32,000 bases of DNA from Alkalilimnicola ehrlichii MLHE-1 (GCF_000014785.1 NC_008340.1:1320001-1352000); one strand, 5' to 3'; counted from the first letter of the stretch, positions 1-8,692 are shown. The notes: generated by a model from the sequence alone, not told the origin. Numbers and translations: made by a program.

Positions 1-1512
1 GCGCCCGCGCAAGACCCGGTAGAGCACCAGCGCGAGGAAGCAAATCATCGCGTGCGCCCGAATGCGCTCCGGCAGCCGGTGGTAGACCGGCGCGATTTCA
101 ATCTCGCTCTTGAGTACCCGGAATCCACGCTCGATATCGGCCAGGGAGCGGTAACGCTCTACCACAGCTTCCGCCCCCATGTCGGTGAGGCTGGTAACCA
201 GCAGTAGCTTGCCGTCCAGACGTTCGGCAGCCGCCCAGGCGGGCTCATCGATGGTGTAGCTGAATTGCGGCGAGCCGAGATCGGCCTTGATGATCGCGCT
301 CATGCGCCTCTCCAGCACGGCCTTGTGGAAGCGCTGGTAGGCACTACGGTCGGTGGAACGCCGCCCACGACCGGGCTGGCCAGCATCCTGATTATCGAGT
401 CGCTCGGCGAGTTGGGCACCAAGGGCGTCAAGCTCTTCGATGGTCTGCCGACGCTGCGCGCTCTGCTCGGCGGCCCGTTCGGCATTGTGGGCCACCACCA
501 GGCGTCGGCCCTGCCAGGTGGTTTCGGTCACCACGTCCTGACTAGGCTCGGTGACGGCGGTTTCCAGTTGCGTATGCAGAGACTCCATCACCTCGGTGAA
601 GTCCCCGTAACGCCGGGCGGGTACAGCCAGAATGTAGTCGACCGTCAGCCCCTGCTCGACGCCCAGTGCCTCCAGAGTGTCGATGTTATCGAAGCTGAGC
701 AGGCCGCGGTCGGCGACCACTACCACGCGGGCGAGCGCGAAACGCTCCAGCAGACGTTCAATCATTGGGGCCAGGGTGCGCGTCTCGGCGACATTCCCCT
801 CGAAGACCTCGTGGGCGATCGGCAGGCCTTCGGCAGTCTGGACCACCCCCAGCGCAAATTGGCGGCCAATACCGGCGGTGTCCTTGCTGAGGCCATGCTG
901 ACGGATATCGTCTTCCATCGCATGGGTGCCGTGGATGCGTACCGTGGTGAGATCGTAAAAGATGACGCTGAGATCCTGGTCAAGCAGCGGCCGCAACTGG
1001 CCGGCTACCGCACGCTCCACGGCCTCCTTGTGGTCCTCCAACGCATCCATGGCACGCAGGAGTTGCTCGTGGTGCACGGTCGAGGCATCGAGCCCGGGCA
1101 TGCTGGTGCTCTCGCGCAACCACTCCAGCGTGCCGCGTTTGCTGCTCGGCTCAGCGAGGCGGTTGAAAACCATGGCTCGGATGAGTGCCTCGGCATCGAA
1201 CTGTCGTCGGGAGGAGCGCAGAGCCCGTTTCAAGGCCCCATCCAGGCCTAACTCCTGCCAGAGCTGATGGAGGGTCCACACATCGCCAAAGGCGCGGGCG
1301 GTCTCGAACTGAGGCGCTTCAGGCAATGATTCAGGACGCCCCACCGCCCGTTGGAGTCCCTTGATGAGCGGCTCCAGGTCAGCTGCCTCAAGCTGATCAA
1401 GGCGACCCAGGCTGGCTACCACACGCTGTTTAACCTTGCCGTTGGCGTCTCGGTAGCCCTCGACCAACTGCAAATAGCGGCGCGGGCCGGACTTTGTGAT
1501 GCGCGTGTACAT
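1..1512 (-). mobile_element. IS1634-like (IS4 superfamily) transposase gene, 3' end beyond the window edge
   Basis: Minus-strand reading from ATG at 1512 stays open to base 1: MYTRITKSGPRRYLQLVEGYRDANGKVKQRVVASLGRLDQLEAADLK... and later ...DLTTVRIHGTHAMEDDIRQHGLSKDTGGIGRQFALGVVQTAEGLPIAHEVFEGNVAETRTLAPMIERL...VVVADRGLLSFDNIDTLEALG..., a DDE transposase of this type. It is absent from the supplied ORF track, probably because it has no stop in the window. Confidence 0.85.
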
Positions 1513-1556
1513 GGCATGACATTATGCCACCCAGAGACCTGCAATCAATAGCCAGC

Positions 1557-2156
1557 TTAGGATTCGCGTGACACAACAGCGGCTTGGCTGGTTCTGGCCG
1601 CGCAGATCAATCGCTTCAAGCACTTACGTCCCACAACCCCTTGGGTTTTCGGTCTGAAGTGTGGAACTTGGGCGCCCCAGGTCACGCTGGCGGGCATGGG
1701 CGTCTTGAACCTACTTGCACCCGTGAACACCACCACGGAATGGATGTGCTCTGGCGGGACACCAAGCGCTGACTCCAGTGCCTTCACGTGCTTGTAATTC
1801 TGGCGAAGGGGGTTCTGGAACTTGAAGGTTTTCTTGTAGATCTTCTGCGTCCACTGAGCCTGACGCTCGCCGCCGAAAATCCAGCCCTTCATGTTCTTTG
1901 TCTCTACCACGAAGATGCCGTAGCGAGACACGAAGATATGGTCGATCTGCGTGGTTCCGTCCGGTGTGGGTAGCGTGACGTTGTGCAGTCGGTGGTATTT
2001 ACTCGCCGGGAGCCTTAGCTTCGCTGCCAACTTGACCAAGGATTCGCCGACCAGCCCCTTGAACCATGGAGAGCGGAGTATCGCCATGATCAGGGCGATA
2101 GGAATCACCCACCACAGTGTCTTCAGGATTTCAGTTGTGATTAGGTTAGTGTCCAT
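1557..2156 (-). CDS. NERD-domain (nuclease-related) protein with N-terminal membrane helix; C-terminus looks truncated or frameshifted near the IS
   Basis: MDTNLITTEILKTLWWVIPIALIMAILRSPWFKGLVGESLV...HNVTLPTPDGTTQIDHIFVSRYGIFVVETKNMKGWIFG...WTQKIYKKTFKFQNPLRQNYKHVKALE...VVVFTGASRFKTPMP is a classic NERD signature. The last ~30 residues do not look like a NERD tail. Confidence 0.85.
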   Translation of the reverse strand: MDTNLITTEILKTLWWVIPIALIMAILRSPWFKGLVGESLVKLAAKLRLPASKYHRLHNVTLPTPDGTTQIDHIFVSRYGIFVVETKNMKGWIFGGERQAQWTQKIYKKTFKFQNPLRQNYKHVKALESALGVPPEHIHSVVVFTGASRFKTPMPASVTWGAQVPHFRPKTQGVVGRKCLKRLICAARTSQAAVVSRES

Positions 2157-2163
2157 GTCTTGT

Positions 2164-2222
2164 CATCAACGTGGCGCTAACCGGCGCGAGGCACGAGCGT
2201 CCGGTTGAGCAATTTGTTAGCG
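2164..2222 (-). other. attC-like recombination site (59 bp)
   Basis: On the minus strand: CGCTAAC (R'', containing the TAA stop of the 158 aa gene) - AAATT - GCTCAACCGG (L'') - centre - CCGGTTAGC (L') - GCCAC - GTTGATG (R'). The L'' and L' arms pair with one extra base in L'', as in canonical attC sites. The R' box is a poor match to GTTRRRY. Confidence 0.68.
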
Positions 2223-2693
2223 GTATAAAGTCAAAATCTTCCTGATAGCCAACTTAGCGGCAGCGAGCGGTATCACGGTCATGACAGGAACAAGCATCGC
2301 GCCCACGAACACAGCTCCAGACGTTGCAGGACTCCACTCGAGCGGGTTGAGATAGAACAGCGCCATAGCTCCGGTCGCCACCCCGCAGAGAAGGAGAGAC
2401 ACAGTCACCCGAAACTCCAGGGCCCAATACTGCGGCCACTGGTAAAGAACTTTATTCTCTTCCTCGTCCCCCGGCCGTAGCACATCCATGCCGAGTTTGT
2501 AGCTAACACCTACCAGCACAAGCGGAAGCCCGCCAAGGAAGGCAGGAAGCCCCTTTGCATCTCTAACAGACGAAGCCACCGCCTCGAAAAACTCGGGGTT
2601 TCGGTGCGCCAGGAGCGCGACCGCTAGAACGCAAAGAAGCTCGGGCGACACCAACAGAAGCCGCTTTAGGTCAAGGAGCTTCGCGAGCATCAA
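2217..2693 (-). CDS. Small multi-pass (about 3-4 TM) membrane protein of unknown function; likely real start ATG at 2690
   Basis: ORF with hydrophobic segments LLLVSPELLCVLAVALLA, GLPAFLGGLPLVLVGVSYKL, VTVSLLLCGVATGAMALFYL, GAVFVGAMLVPVMTVIPLAAA. ATG (2690-2688) overlaps the TGA of the upstream ORF (TGATG). Confidence 0.75.
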   Translation of the reverse strand: MMLAKLLDLKRLLLVSPELLCVLAVALLAHRNPEFFEAVASSVRDAKGLPAFLGGLPLVLVGVSYKLGMDVLRPGDEEENKVLYQWPQYWALEFRVTVSLLLCGVATGAMALFYLNPLEWSPATSGAVFVGAMLVPVMTVIPLAAAKLAIRKILTLYR

Positions 2694-3583
2694 TCGTGCT
2701 CCATGTGTCGCTCTTCTTTGATTCGCTCAAGTATAGCGGCCGTTTTCCGGTAGAGTTCCTCGGGTTCAGGGTCTCGCGCGAACGAGAAGTTCCTTACCGT
2801 TTCAGAGGTCCTGATTATTACCACATCATCGCCCTGCTTCCCCCGCACGTATCCTTTGCCGTATCCATCAGCGGCCATCAGGATGGCAGCATCTCCGATT
2901 GGCAACGATCCCGGTGCGTACGGCTTGTCCGCACTCTGCTGAACAATACCTTGGACATGCTCCGGCAGGTCGGTGTCGAGCGGCTCCCTTTGGCTGCTGT
3001 CCTCTTCGACTTTCATGCGGTCTGTGTTGCGGGACTTGAGGTAGTTCTTGAGATCCTCCCACAACGGACCGAACAATGGGTTGGGCGGCGACACGGTCGC
3101 TGATACGCGATATATTCCGTCTAATCCGTTGAGTTTGCGTGCAAATGAACGAAGATCAGCTATGGGGTCGACATCGCACCGCGCAAGAAGCTGGTTGTGC
3201 GAGGCATTGATAACCTCAGCCCAACGATTCATGAAGGTCGTATGCTCTATCTGATTGGACACATGGAGGAACGAGAGGCCCGAATGCTCGGGGACGTATA
3301 GGAAAGGGCTCGATGCGCGCGTGATATTGGGCTGCCGCTGAGTCGTCTCCTTGTGTTGCTCCGGATCGACTACCGAAACCTCGCCGTCTGGATCGTATTT
3401 CCCAAGACGCCCAAAAAAGTATGAGGATCGGCCATCGGAAAGCTCGCGGACGTCAAGGAACGTCCATGCGGAACCGTACCTCGTTATGCTCTCAGGCGCA
3501 CGCAGAGCGGCCTTTATGTCGGCGGTTTCAAGAGCGCCGGTCTTTACTACCCTCCCTAGGTAGTAGGTTCCCTTGCGGGCCAT
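2690..3583 (-). CDS. Hypothetical 297 aa soluble protein, translationally coupled to the membrane protein
   Basis: ORF MARKGTYYLGRVVKTGALETADIKAALR...DAAILMAADGYGKGYVRGKQGDDVVIIRTSETVRNFSF...; GGGGGA ribosome-binding site just upstream of ATG 3583; TGATG overlap downstream. Confidence 0.8.
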   Translation of the reverse strand: MARKGTYYLGRVVKTGALETADIKAALRAPESITRYGSAWTFLDVRELSDGRSSYFFGRLGKYDPDGEVSVVDPEQHKETTQRQPNITRASSPFLYVPEHSGLSFLHVSNQIEHTTFMNRWAEVINASHNQLLARCDVDPIADLRSFARKLNGLDGIYRVSATVSPPNPLFGPLWEDLKNYLKSRNTDRMKVEEDSSQREPLDTDLPEHVQGIVQQSADKPYAPGSLPIGDAAILMAADGYGKGYVRGKQGDDVVIIRTSETVRNFSFARDPEPEELYRKTAAILERIKEERHMEHD

Positions 3584-3616
3584 GCAAATTCCCCCAGAGT
3601 CTTATTGTTGGTCTTC

Positions 3617-3664
3617 CGCTAACGGCCGGCTTCCAAACGGCCGGCGTCCAAGCCGATGTTAGCG
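3617..3664 (-). other. attC-like site (48 bp)
   Basis: Plus strand CGCTAAC (3617-3623) ... GTTAGCG (3658-3664), perfectly complementary 7-mers, with inner pairing CGGCTT/AAGCCG. The stop TAA of the 216 aa gene (3661-3659) lies inside the box. Confidence 0.6.
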
Positions 3665-4309
3665 CTGATGGGATGGCGCGACCCCAACCCGTCTGAGCGC
3701 CTCGGCGATGTCTCTCCGGTTTATCAGTTGGTAAGTGTTGTCGCCCATGTCTAGCTCGAAGTCTAGGGCGCCACACATGCCATTTATCCTGCCGTACCCC
3801 GGCGCGCGAACAGGTGCGTTCGGCTTGCCCTTGATTTCGTGCTTAGCTAAGTTGATGCGGATCGATTCAGCCATTCTGAAAACCGGCTCTAGCGCCGCAT
3901 CGTGGGCCTCCATGAGGGCAACGAACTCCGGATCCTCTTGGAGACGCTCAAGATGCCTCACCTTCATGAGAGCTCCTAGGTTGTGCTGATCCTGCTGGAG
4001 CCGACGCATCATGTGAGGGATGGCGCCGTTCTCGCGCCATGTCTTCAACTTGCGAATCCGGTGGCGCCACGTCCTGAGCAACTCGTATAACGCGAATATC
4101 CACATCTGAGACTGCGCCGACACAAACAGCGCCTGCTGAGTAGGCGTCCGCTCAATCTCAAAATATGTTCTTAAAAGGTTGTACTCTTGGTCCGTGATAA
4201 AGGAGTCGTTTATCGCGATGTTCATCCCCTGCATGTTGAGGAACATGTCATCGAACAGGACCAAGCTACGGAACATCGTATGGATCCGTGAGAAGTCGAT
4301 CTCGTCCAA
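3659..4309 (-). CDS. Hypothetical 216 aa helical protein in a cassette-like context (TTG start at 4309, or ATG at 4276)
   Basis: ORF MDEIDFSRIHTMFRSLVLFDDMFLNMQGMNIAINDSFITDQEYNLLRTYFEIERTPTQQALF...; ends inside the attC-like site at 3617-3664. Confidence 0.65.
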   Translation of the reverse strand: MDEIDFSRIHTMFRSLVLFDDMFLNMQGMNIAINDSFITDQEYNLLRTYFEIERTPTQQALFVSAQSQMWIFALYELLRTWRHRIRKLKTWRENGAIPHMMRRLQQDQHNLGALMKVRHLERLQEDPEFVALMEAHDAALEPVFRMAESIRINLAKHEIKGKPNAPVRAPGYGRINGMCGALDFELDMGDNTYQLINRRDIAEALRRVGVAPSHQR

Positions 4310-4369
4310 CGCAGGCTAGAGCTCTTCGTCATGCTCGCTGTGGTCGTCGTAGTGCGCCATTACTCCACC

Positions 4370-4428
4370 CGCTAACATCTAAGCATTTATCTGCCGTGCG
4401 CAGCATGGCGGATAAATGTCTGTTGGAC
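4370..4428 (-). other. attC-like site (59 bp)
   Basis: Minus strand GTCCAAC (4428-4422, fits RYYYAAC) ... GTTAGCG (4376-4370), with inner arms CATTTATCCGCC / GGCAGATAAATG (one mismatch). Confidence 0.6.
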
Positions 4429-4698
4429 TGAGCCGCCCTGCCCGGAGGCACGCGCTGGGTGGTCTTCTATATAAGGGGGAAAGTATCAGGCGCCCGTGGG
4501 GCACTTCGCACCTAGCGGCGCGAACCGAGTAATGCGTGGGTCTTCCTTGAGCGACCACCGCCGGTCTCCTCGAAGCTGGCCGTGAGTTCGTTCCCTTGAT
4601 ACTGCACCAGCCCTGCCCGAATTCCAACCGATGGCCCGCAAGGGACCGCGCCTTGCTCTGAAGGCGGTCTTCTCCACACGTTCAGACGGTGCGTCGAG

Positions 4699-5092
4699 CT
4701 ACGGGGATCGTCGTCGTTCCGCCTCCTCCCGCAGCGCACGGGGTTGCAGTTCCGCGATGACGAACAAGTAGCCCGACTTGCATTCCGGGCAGGGGGTGCC
4801 AACAGCCGAGGCCTCACCCGCCAAAGCGGGCGGTTCAGTGTAGGCTGACAGTGCTTCCCGCACCTGCGCCAGCTTGGCCCTGTGACTGCGGTTAGCCAGC
4901 AGCCCAAAATGGCGGATTCGCATCAGCCCCTTCGGCAGCACGTGTAGGAGCACCCGGCGCACGAACTCCTCACCGGCAAGCGTCACCTCACGGCGCTTGC
5001 CGTTCGCCCGGTAGTCCTGGTAGCGGAACGTGACGCTGGCCTCGTCGATGGCCAGGATTCGGTCATTGTGGATGGCGCTGCGGTGCGTCTAG
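4699..5092 (-). pseudogene. IS91-family transposase C-terminal remnant
   Basis: Continuous minus reading SAIHNDRILAIDEASVTFRYQDYRANGKRREVTLAGEEFVRRVLLHVLPKGLMRIRHFGLLANRSHRAKLAQVREALS...CPECKSGYLFVI. The N-terminal two thirds are missing. Confidence 0.82.
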
Positions 5093-5258
5093 GGGGACCG
5101 GTAGAGCGCGCCGGTCCGCGCCGCCTCACGCAGCGGAGGGGTTCACCATCCGTCTTTGGTAATGGCGCGAGAGCGCGCGGACCGGAAAATGGCATGCGCT
5201 GATTGGGTCCTTATATTGAATGGGGTAGAAACAAGGGGCATGGCAGGCATGTATGCAG

Positions 5259-6131
5259 TCAGCGTCCCCCAGCCCGCCGCCAAGCTCGCTCCTTGGCCTC
5301 ATCCGCCTCCGCTTCATCCAACTCCGCCGTAATGGCGTTCACCAACCGCTCCCCGTCCGGGTGCCCGTTGGCCGCCGCCAGCCAAGCCCAACTCGCGGCC
5401 TCTAACTTGTCCCCCTCGTCCATGCCTTCGCCGGCGTAGTACATCTCCGCCAGCCAGGCCTGCATGGGGGCGTTAATCTGGGTGTCCGGTGAGCGGGCCC
5501 CTTCGTACAGGTAGGGCAGGGCGCGCTCGGGGTCGGGTTCGATGCCCAGGCCCTCCCGGTACATCCGCGCCAGGTAGTAGCTGCCCATGTCCAGCCCTTC
5601 CTCCAGGGCCGCTTTGAAATGCCCCTGGGCGCGCTCGGCCAGCTCGGCGGAGCCGCCGCCCACCACGTCGCTCAGCAGCACCGATCCGATCCCCAGGTGG
5701 GCCTCGTGGTGGCCCGCGTCGATGGCCACCTGGAACCAGTGTTCGGCCGCTTCCCGGTCGGGCGTCACCCACGCCCCCTCCAGGTAGGCCCAGGCGACGC
5801 GGGTGGCGTGCTCGGTGCGGCCGGCCTCCACGGCGCGCTGGTACCAGTGCAGCGCCTGTTGTCCGTCTGCCTCCACGCCCAGGCCCTCCTGGTGGAAGTA
5901 GCCCAGGTGCACCTTGGCCCGGGCGCTGCCCGCCGAGGCGGCGGACTCCAGCCACGCCAGGGCTTCGGCGTAGTCCTCCTGATCAGCGTGGGCCAGGGCG
6001 ATCTCCCGTTGGCCCTCGGCGCTGTGGTCGTCGGCGGCGCTTTCCTCCCAAGGCGGCGGGCCCGCCAATGCCGGGCCGGTGGTCAGGGCCAGGGAGAGCA
6101 GGGCGGAGCAAAGCAGGGAACGGGTGCGCAT
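5259..6131 (-). CDS. Secreted Sel1-repeat (TPR-like) protein
   Basis: Signal peptide MRTRSLLCSALLSLALTTGPALAG followed by Sel1 repeats (AKVHLGYFHQEGLGVEADGQQALHWYQRAVEAG; YYLARMYREGLGIEPDPERALPYLYEGA). The ORF extends to 6170, but ATG 6131 places the signal peptide correctly. Confidence 0.88.
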   Translation of the reverse strand: MRTRSLLCSALLSLALTTGPALAGPPPWEESAADDHSAEGQREIALAHADQEDYAEALAWLESAASAGSARAKVHLGYFHQEGLGVEADGQQALHWYQRAVEAGRTEHATRVAWAYLEGAWVTPDREAAEHWFQVAIDAGHHEAHLGIGSVLLSDVVGGGSAELAERAQGHFKAALEEGLDMGSYYLARMYREGLGIEPDPERALPYLYEGARSPDTQINAPMQAWLAEMYYAGEGMDEGDKLEAASWAWLAAANGHPDGERLVNAITAELDEAEADEAKERAWRRAGGR

Positions 6132-6196
6132 GGTCGGTGCCTCGGATTGGCTCGGTGGAACGATGCGCATTCTAAGGCCATGAATGGCCTGTCAAT

Positions 6197-6214
6197 ATGA
6201 CAGTTCCATGACAC
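6197..6214 (-). promoter_or_regulatory. Pho box facing the Sel1 gene
   Basis: Minus strand GTGTCAT-GGAA-CTGTCAT, two 7-mers at 11 bp period, close to the PhoB consensus CTGTCATA(A/T)A(A/T)CTGTCA(C/T). Confidence 0.7.
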
Positions 6215-6232
6215 AAGCGGGCCTTCGCCAAA

Positions 6233-6250
6233 TTGTCACGAAACCGTCAT
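6233..6250 (+). promoter_or_regulatory. Pho box facing pstC
   Basis: Plus strand TTGTCAC-GAAA-CCGTCAT with a possible -10 (TACCAT, 6261-6266) 10 bp downstream. Confidence 0.68.
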
Positions 6251-6307
6251 GCCGGGCGCCTACCATCGCCGTCACTTCATCCACCACGGCGAGTTCACAC
6301 CTTGACC

Positions 6308-8623
6308 ATGACGGACACCTCCCCAGCCGCGGCGGGCGGCACCAGCGGCCGTTATCTCCCCAGCGAAGAGCAGCGCAGGCGCTGGCGCCGGTGGCGTCAC
6401 GTGAAGGACTGGATCAGCAAGGGCAGCATCGCCACCTTCGGGGTGGGGGTGATCGTCGCCCTAGGGCTGATCTTCGTTTACCTCTTCTCCGAGACCCTGC
6501 CCATCTTCGGCGACCCGGAGATCCGGCCGGTGTCCACCTACGCCGCCCCGGGCGGGACCGACTCCGGCCGCACCCTGCATACCGCCATGGAGCGCTACCA
6601 GGAGGTGGCGGTGCGCTTCACCGAGGAGGGAGGCGTCTACTTCTTCCGCCCCGGTAGCGGCGAGTTGCTGGACGAGTACCGCCTGAACCGGCCGGAGGGC
6701 GTGGAGGTGCGCAGCTTCGACGTGGCCGAGGCGCGCACGCGCCTGGTGGGTTACGGCTTGTCCGACGGCACCGCCATCATGGCCCGCCACGATTACGACG
6801 TCAGCTACACGGAAGGGCGGCGCGCCATCACCCCCAGCATCACCTACCCGGAAGGCGAGGGCGAGCCGCTGGAGGTCTTTGCCGAGGAGGGGCTGCCCCT
6901 GGACGCCATCACCGTGCAGCGCGGCCGGCGAGGCAGTGCGGTGGTGGCGGCCAACAACGAGGCCGAGGCGCTGCGCCTGGTGATGTTCGAAGAGGAGACG
7001 GACTTCCTCACCGGCGCGGCCACGGTGGAGCGCAAGATCTACGAACTGCCCTGGCCGGAGGCCGGCGTCGAGGTGACCCAGATCCTGCTGGACACCACCA
7101 TGCGCAACCTGTTCGTGGGCGGTGCCGACGGCCGGCTGCACTTTTTCGACGTCTCCAACCTCAACCGCCCCGAGCTGGTCAGCAGCCAGCGGGCCATCAC
7201 CGGCGAGGGCGCCGAGGTGACGGCCATGGACTTTCTGCTGGGGGCGGCGTCCATGATCGTGGGCGGGTCCGATGGCTCGGTGAGCCAGTGGATAATCACC
7301 CGGGGGGAGGATCGCAGCCGCAGCCTGACCGAGGTGCGCAGCTTCGACGCCCACGCCGCGCCCATCTCGGTGATCGCCCCCGAGCATGGCCGCAAGGGCT
7401 TTGCCACCGGCGCCGAGGACGGCACCGTGCAACTGGCTTACGCCACGTCGGCCCGGACCTTCTCGCGGATCGGTCTGGAGGGCGCCGACCGGGTGGACGG
7501 CCTGGCCATGGCGCCGCGCCAGGACGCCATGTTGGCGGTGGGGGGCGATGGCACCTTCCACTTCCTGGCGGTGGACAACCCCCACCCGGAGGTCTCCTTC
7601 TCCGCCCTCTGGCAGAAGGTCTGGTACGAGGGGCGCAACAACCCGGCCTACGTCTGGCAGTCCTCCTCGGCCACCCAGGAGTTCGAGCCCAAGTTTTCGC
7701 TGGTGCCGCTGACGGTGGGCACCTTGAAGGCGGCGTTCTACGCCATGCTCTTCTCCATCCCCATCGCGGTGCTGGGGGCCATCTATTCGGCCTACTTCAT
7801 GGCGCCGAAGATGCGCCAGATCACCAAGCCCACCATCGAGATCATGGAGGCCCTGCCCACGGTCATCCTCGGCTTCCTGGCCGGGCTGTGGGCCGCGCCC
7901 TTCTTCGAGCGCAACCTGCCGGCGGTCTTCTCCATCCTGATCGTCATGCCCATCGCCATGGTGTTCGCCGCCTACTTCTGGACGCGGGTGATGCCGGAGG
8001 GCATCCGCCGCCTGGCCCCGGCGGGCTGGGAGGCGGCGCTGCTGATCCCGGTGGTGCTGCTGGTGGGGTGGCTGGGGGTGACCGCCAGCCCCTTCCTGGA
8101 GCTGGCCTTCTTCGGCGGCGACATGCGCCAGTGGCTCACCGACCAGGGCATCAACTACGACCAGCGCAACGCCCTGGTGGTGGGGGTGGCCATGGGCTTC
8201 GCGGTGATCCCGACCATCTATTCCATCTCCGAGGACGCCATATTTAACGTGCCCAAACACCTGACCCAGGGCTCCCTGGCGCTGGGGGCGACCCCCTGGC
8301 AGGCGATGGTGACGGTGGTGCTGCTCACCGCCAGCCCGGGCATCTTCTCCGCCATCATGATCGGCTTCGGCCGCGCCGTGGGCGAGACCATGATCGTGCT
8401 GATGGCGACGGGCAACAGCCCGGTGGTCAACTTCAACCTCTTCGAGGGCATGCGCACCCTGTCGGCGAACATCGCCGTGGAGATGGGCGAGGCGGCGGTG
8501 GGCAGCACCCACTTCCGCATTCTCTTCCTGGCGGCACTGGTGCTCTTCCTGATGACCTTCGTGGTGAACACGGCGGCGGAGATCGTGCGCCACCGCCTGC
8601 GCAAGAAGTACAGCACCCTGTGA
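6308..8623 (+). CDS. pstC: Phosphate ABC transporter permease PstC with large N-terminal periplasmic WD40-like insertion
   Basis: C-terminal permease part ...LVPLTVGTLKAAFYAMLFSIPIAVLGAIYSAYFM...IEIMEALPTVILGFLAG...ALGATPWQAMVTVVL...GFGRAVGETMIVLMATGNSPV. First gene of a pstCAB-phoU order. Start ATG at 6308. Confidence 0.93.
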   Translation: MTDTSPAAAGGTSGRYLPSEEQRRRWRRWRHVKDWISKGSIATFGVGVIVALGLIFVYLFSETLPIFGDPEIRPVSTYAAPGGTDSGRTLHTAMERYQEVAVRFTEEGGVYFFRPGSGELLDEYRLNRPEGVEVRSFDVAEARTRLVGYGLSDGTAIMARHDYDVSYTEGRRAITPSITYPEGEGEPLEVFAEEGLPLDAITVQRGRRGSAVVAANNEAEALRLVMFEEETDFLTGAATVERKIYELPWPEAGVEVTQILLDTTMRNLFVGGADGRLHFFDVSNLNRPELVSSQRAITGEGAEVTAMDFLLGAASMIVGGSDGSVSQWIITRGEDRSRSLTEVRSFDAHAAPISVIAPEHGRKGFATGAEDGTVQLAYATSARTFSRIGLEGADRVDGLAMAPRQDAMLAVGGDGTFHFLAVDNPHPEVSFSALWQKVWYEGRNNPAYVWQSSSATQEFEPKFSLVPLTVGTLKAAFYAMLFSIPIAVLGAIYSAYFMAPKMRQITKPTIEIMEALPTVILGFLAGLWAAPFFERNLPAVFSILIVMPIAMVFAAYFWTRVMPEGIRRLAPAGWEAALLIPVVLLVGWLGVTASPFLELAFFGGDMRQWLTDQGINYDQRNALVVGVAMGFAVIPTIYSISEDAIFNVPKHLTQGSLALGATPWQAMVTVVLLTASPGIFSAIMIGFGRAVGETMIVLMATGNSPVVNFNLFEGMRTLSANIAVEMGEAAVGSTHFRILFLAALVLFLMTFVVNTAAEIVRHRLRKKYSTL

Positions 8624-8692
8624 GCCCGGTGATGAGACAACGCCAACCCGGACCGTCCCGACCCGGACTGTCAACGAGAGGAATTTGAAGCG

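Noticed and set aside
265-1251. 328 aa plus-strand ORF at the left edge
   Set aside because: Antisense to the transposase frame that stays open from 1512 to base 1.
4486-4907. Small minus-strand ORFs (4486-4677, 4512-4907) upstream of the cassette block
   Set aside because: Mutually overlapping frames around the IS91 remnant with no recognisable domain or RBS.
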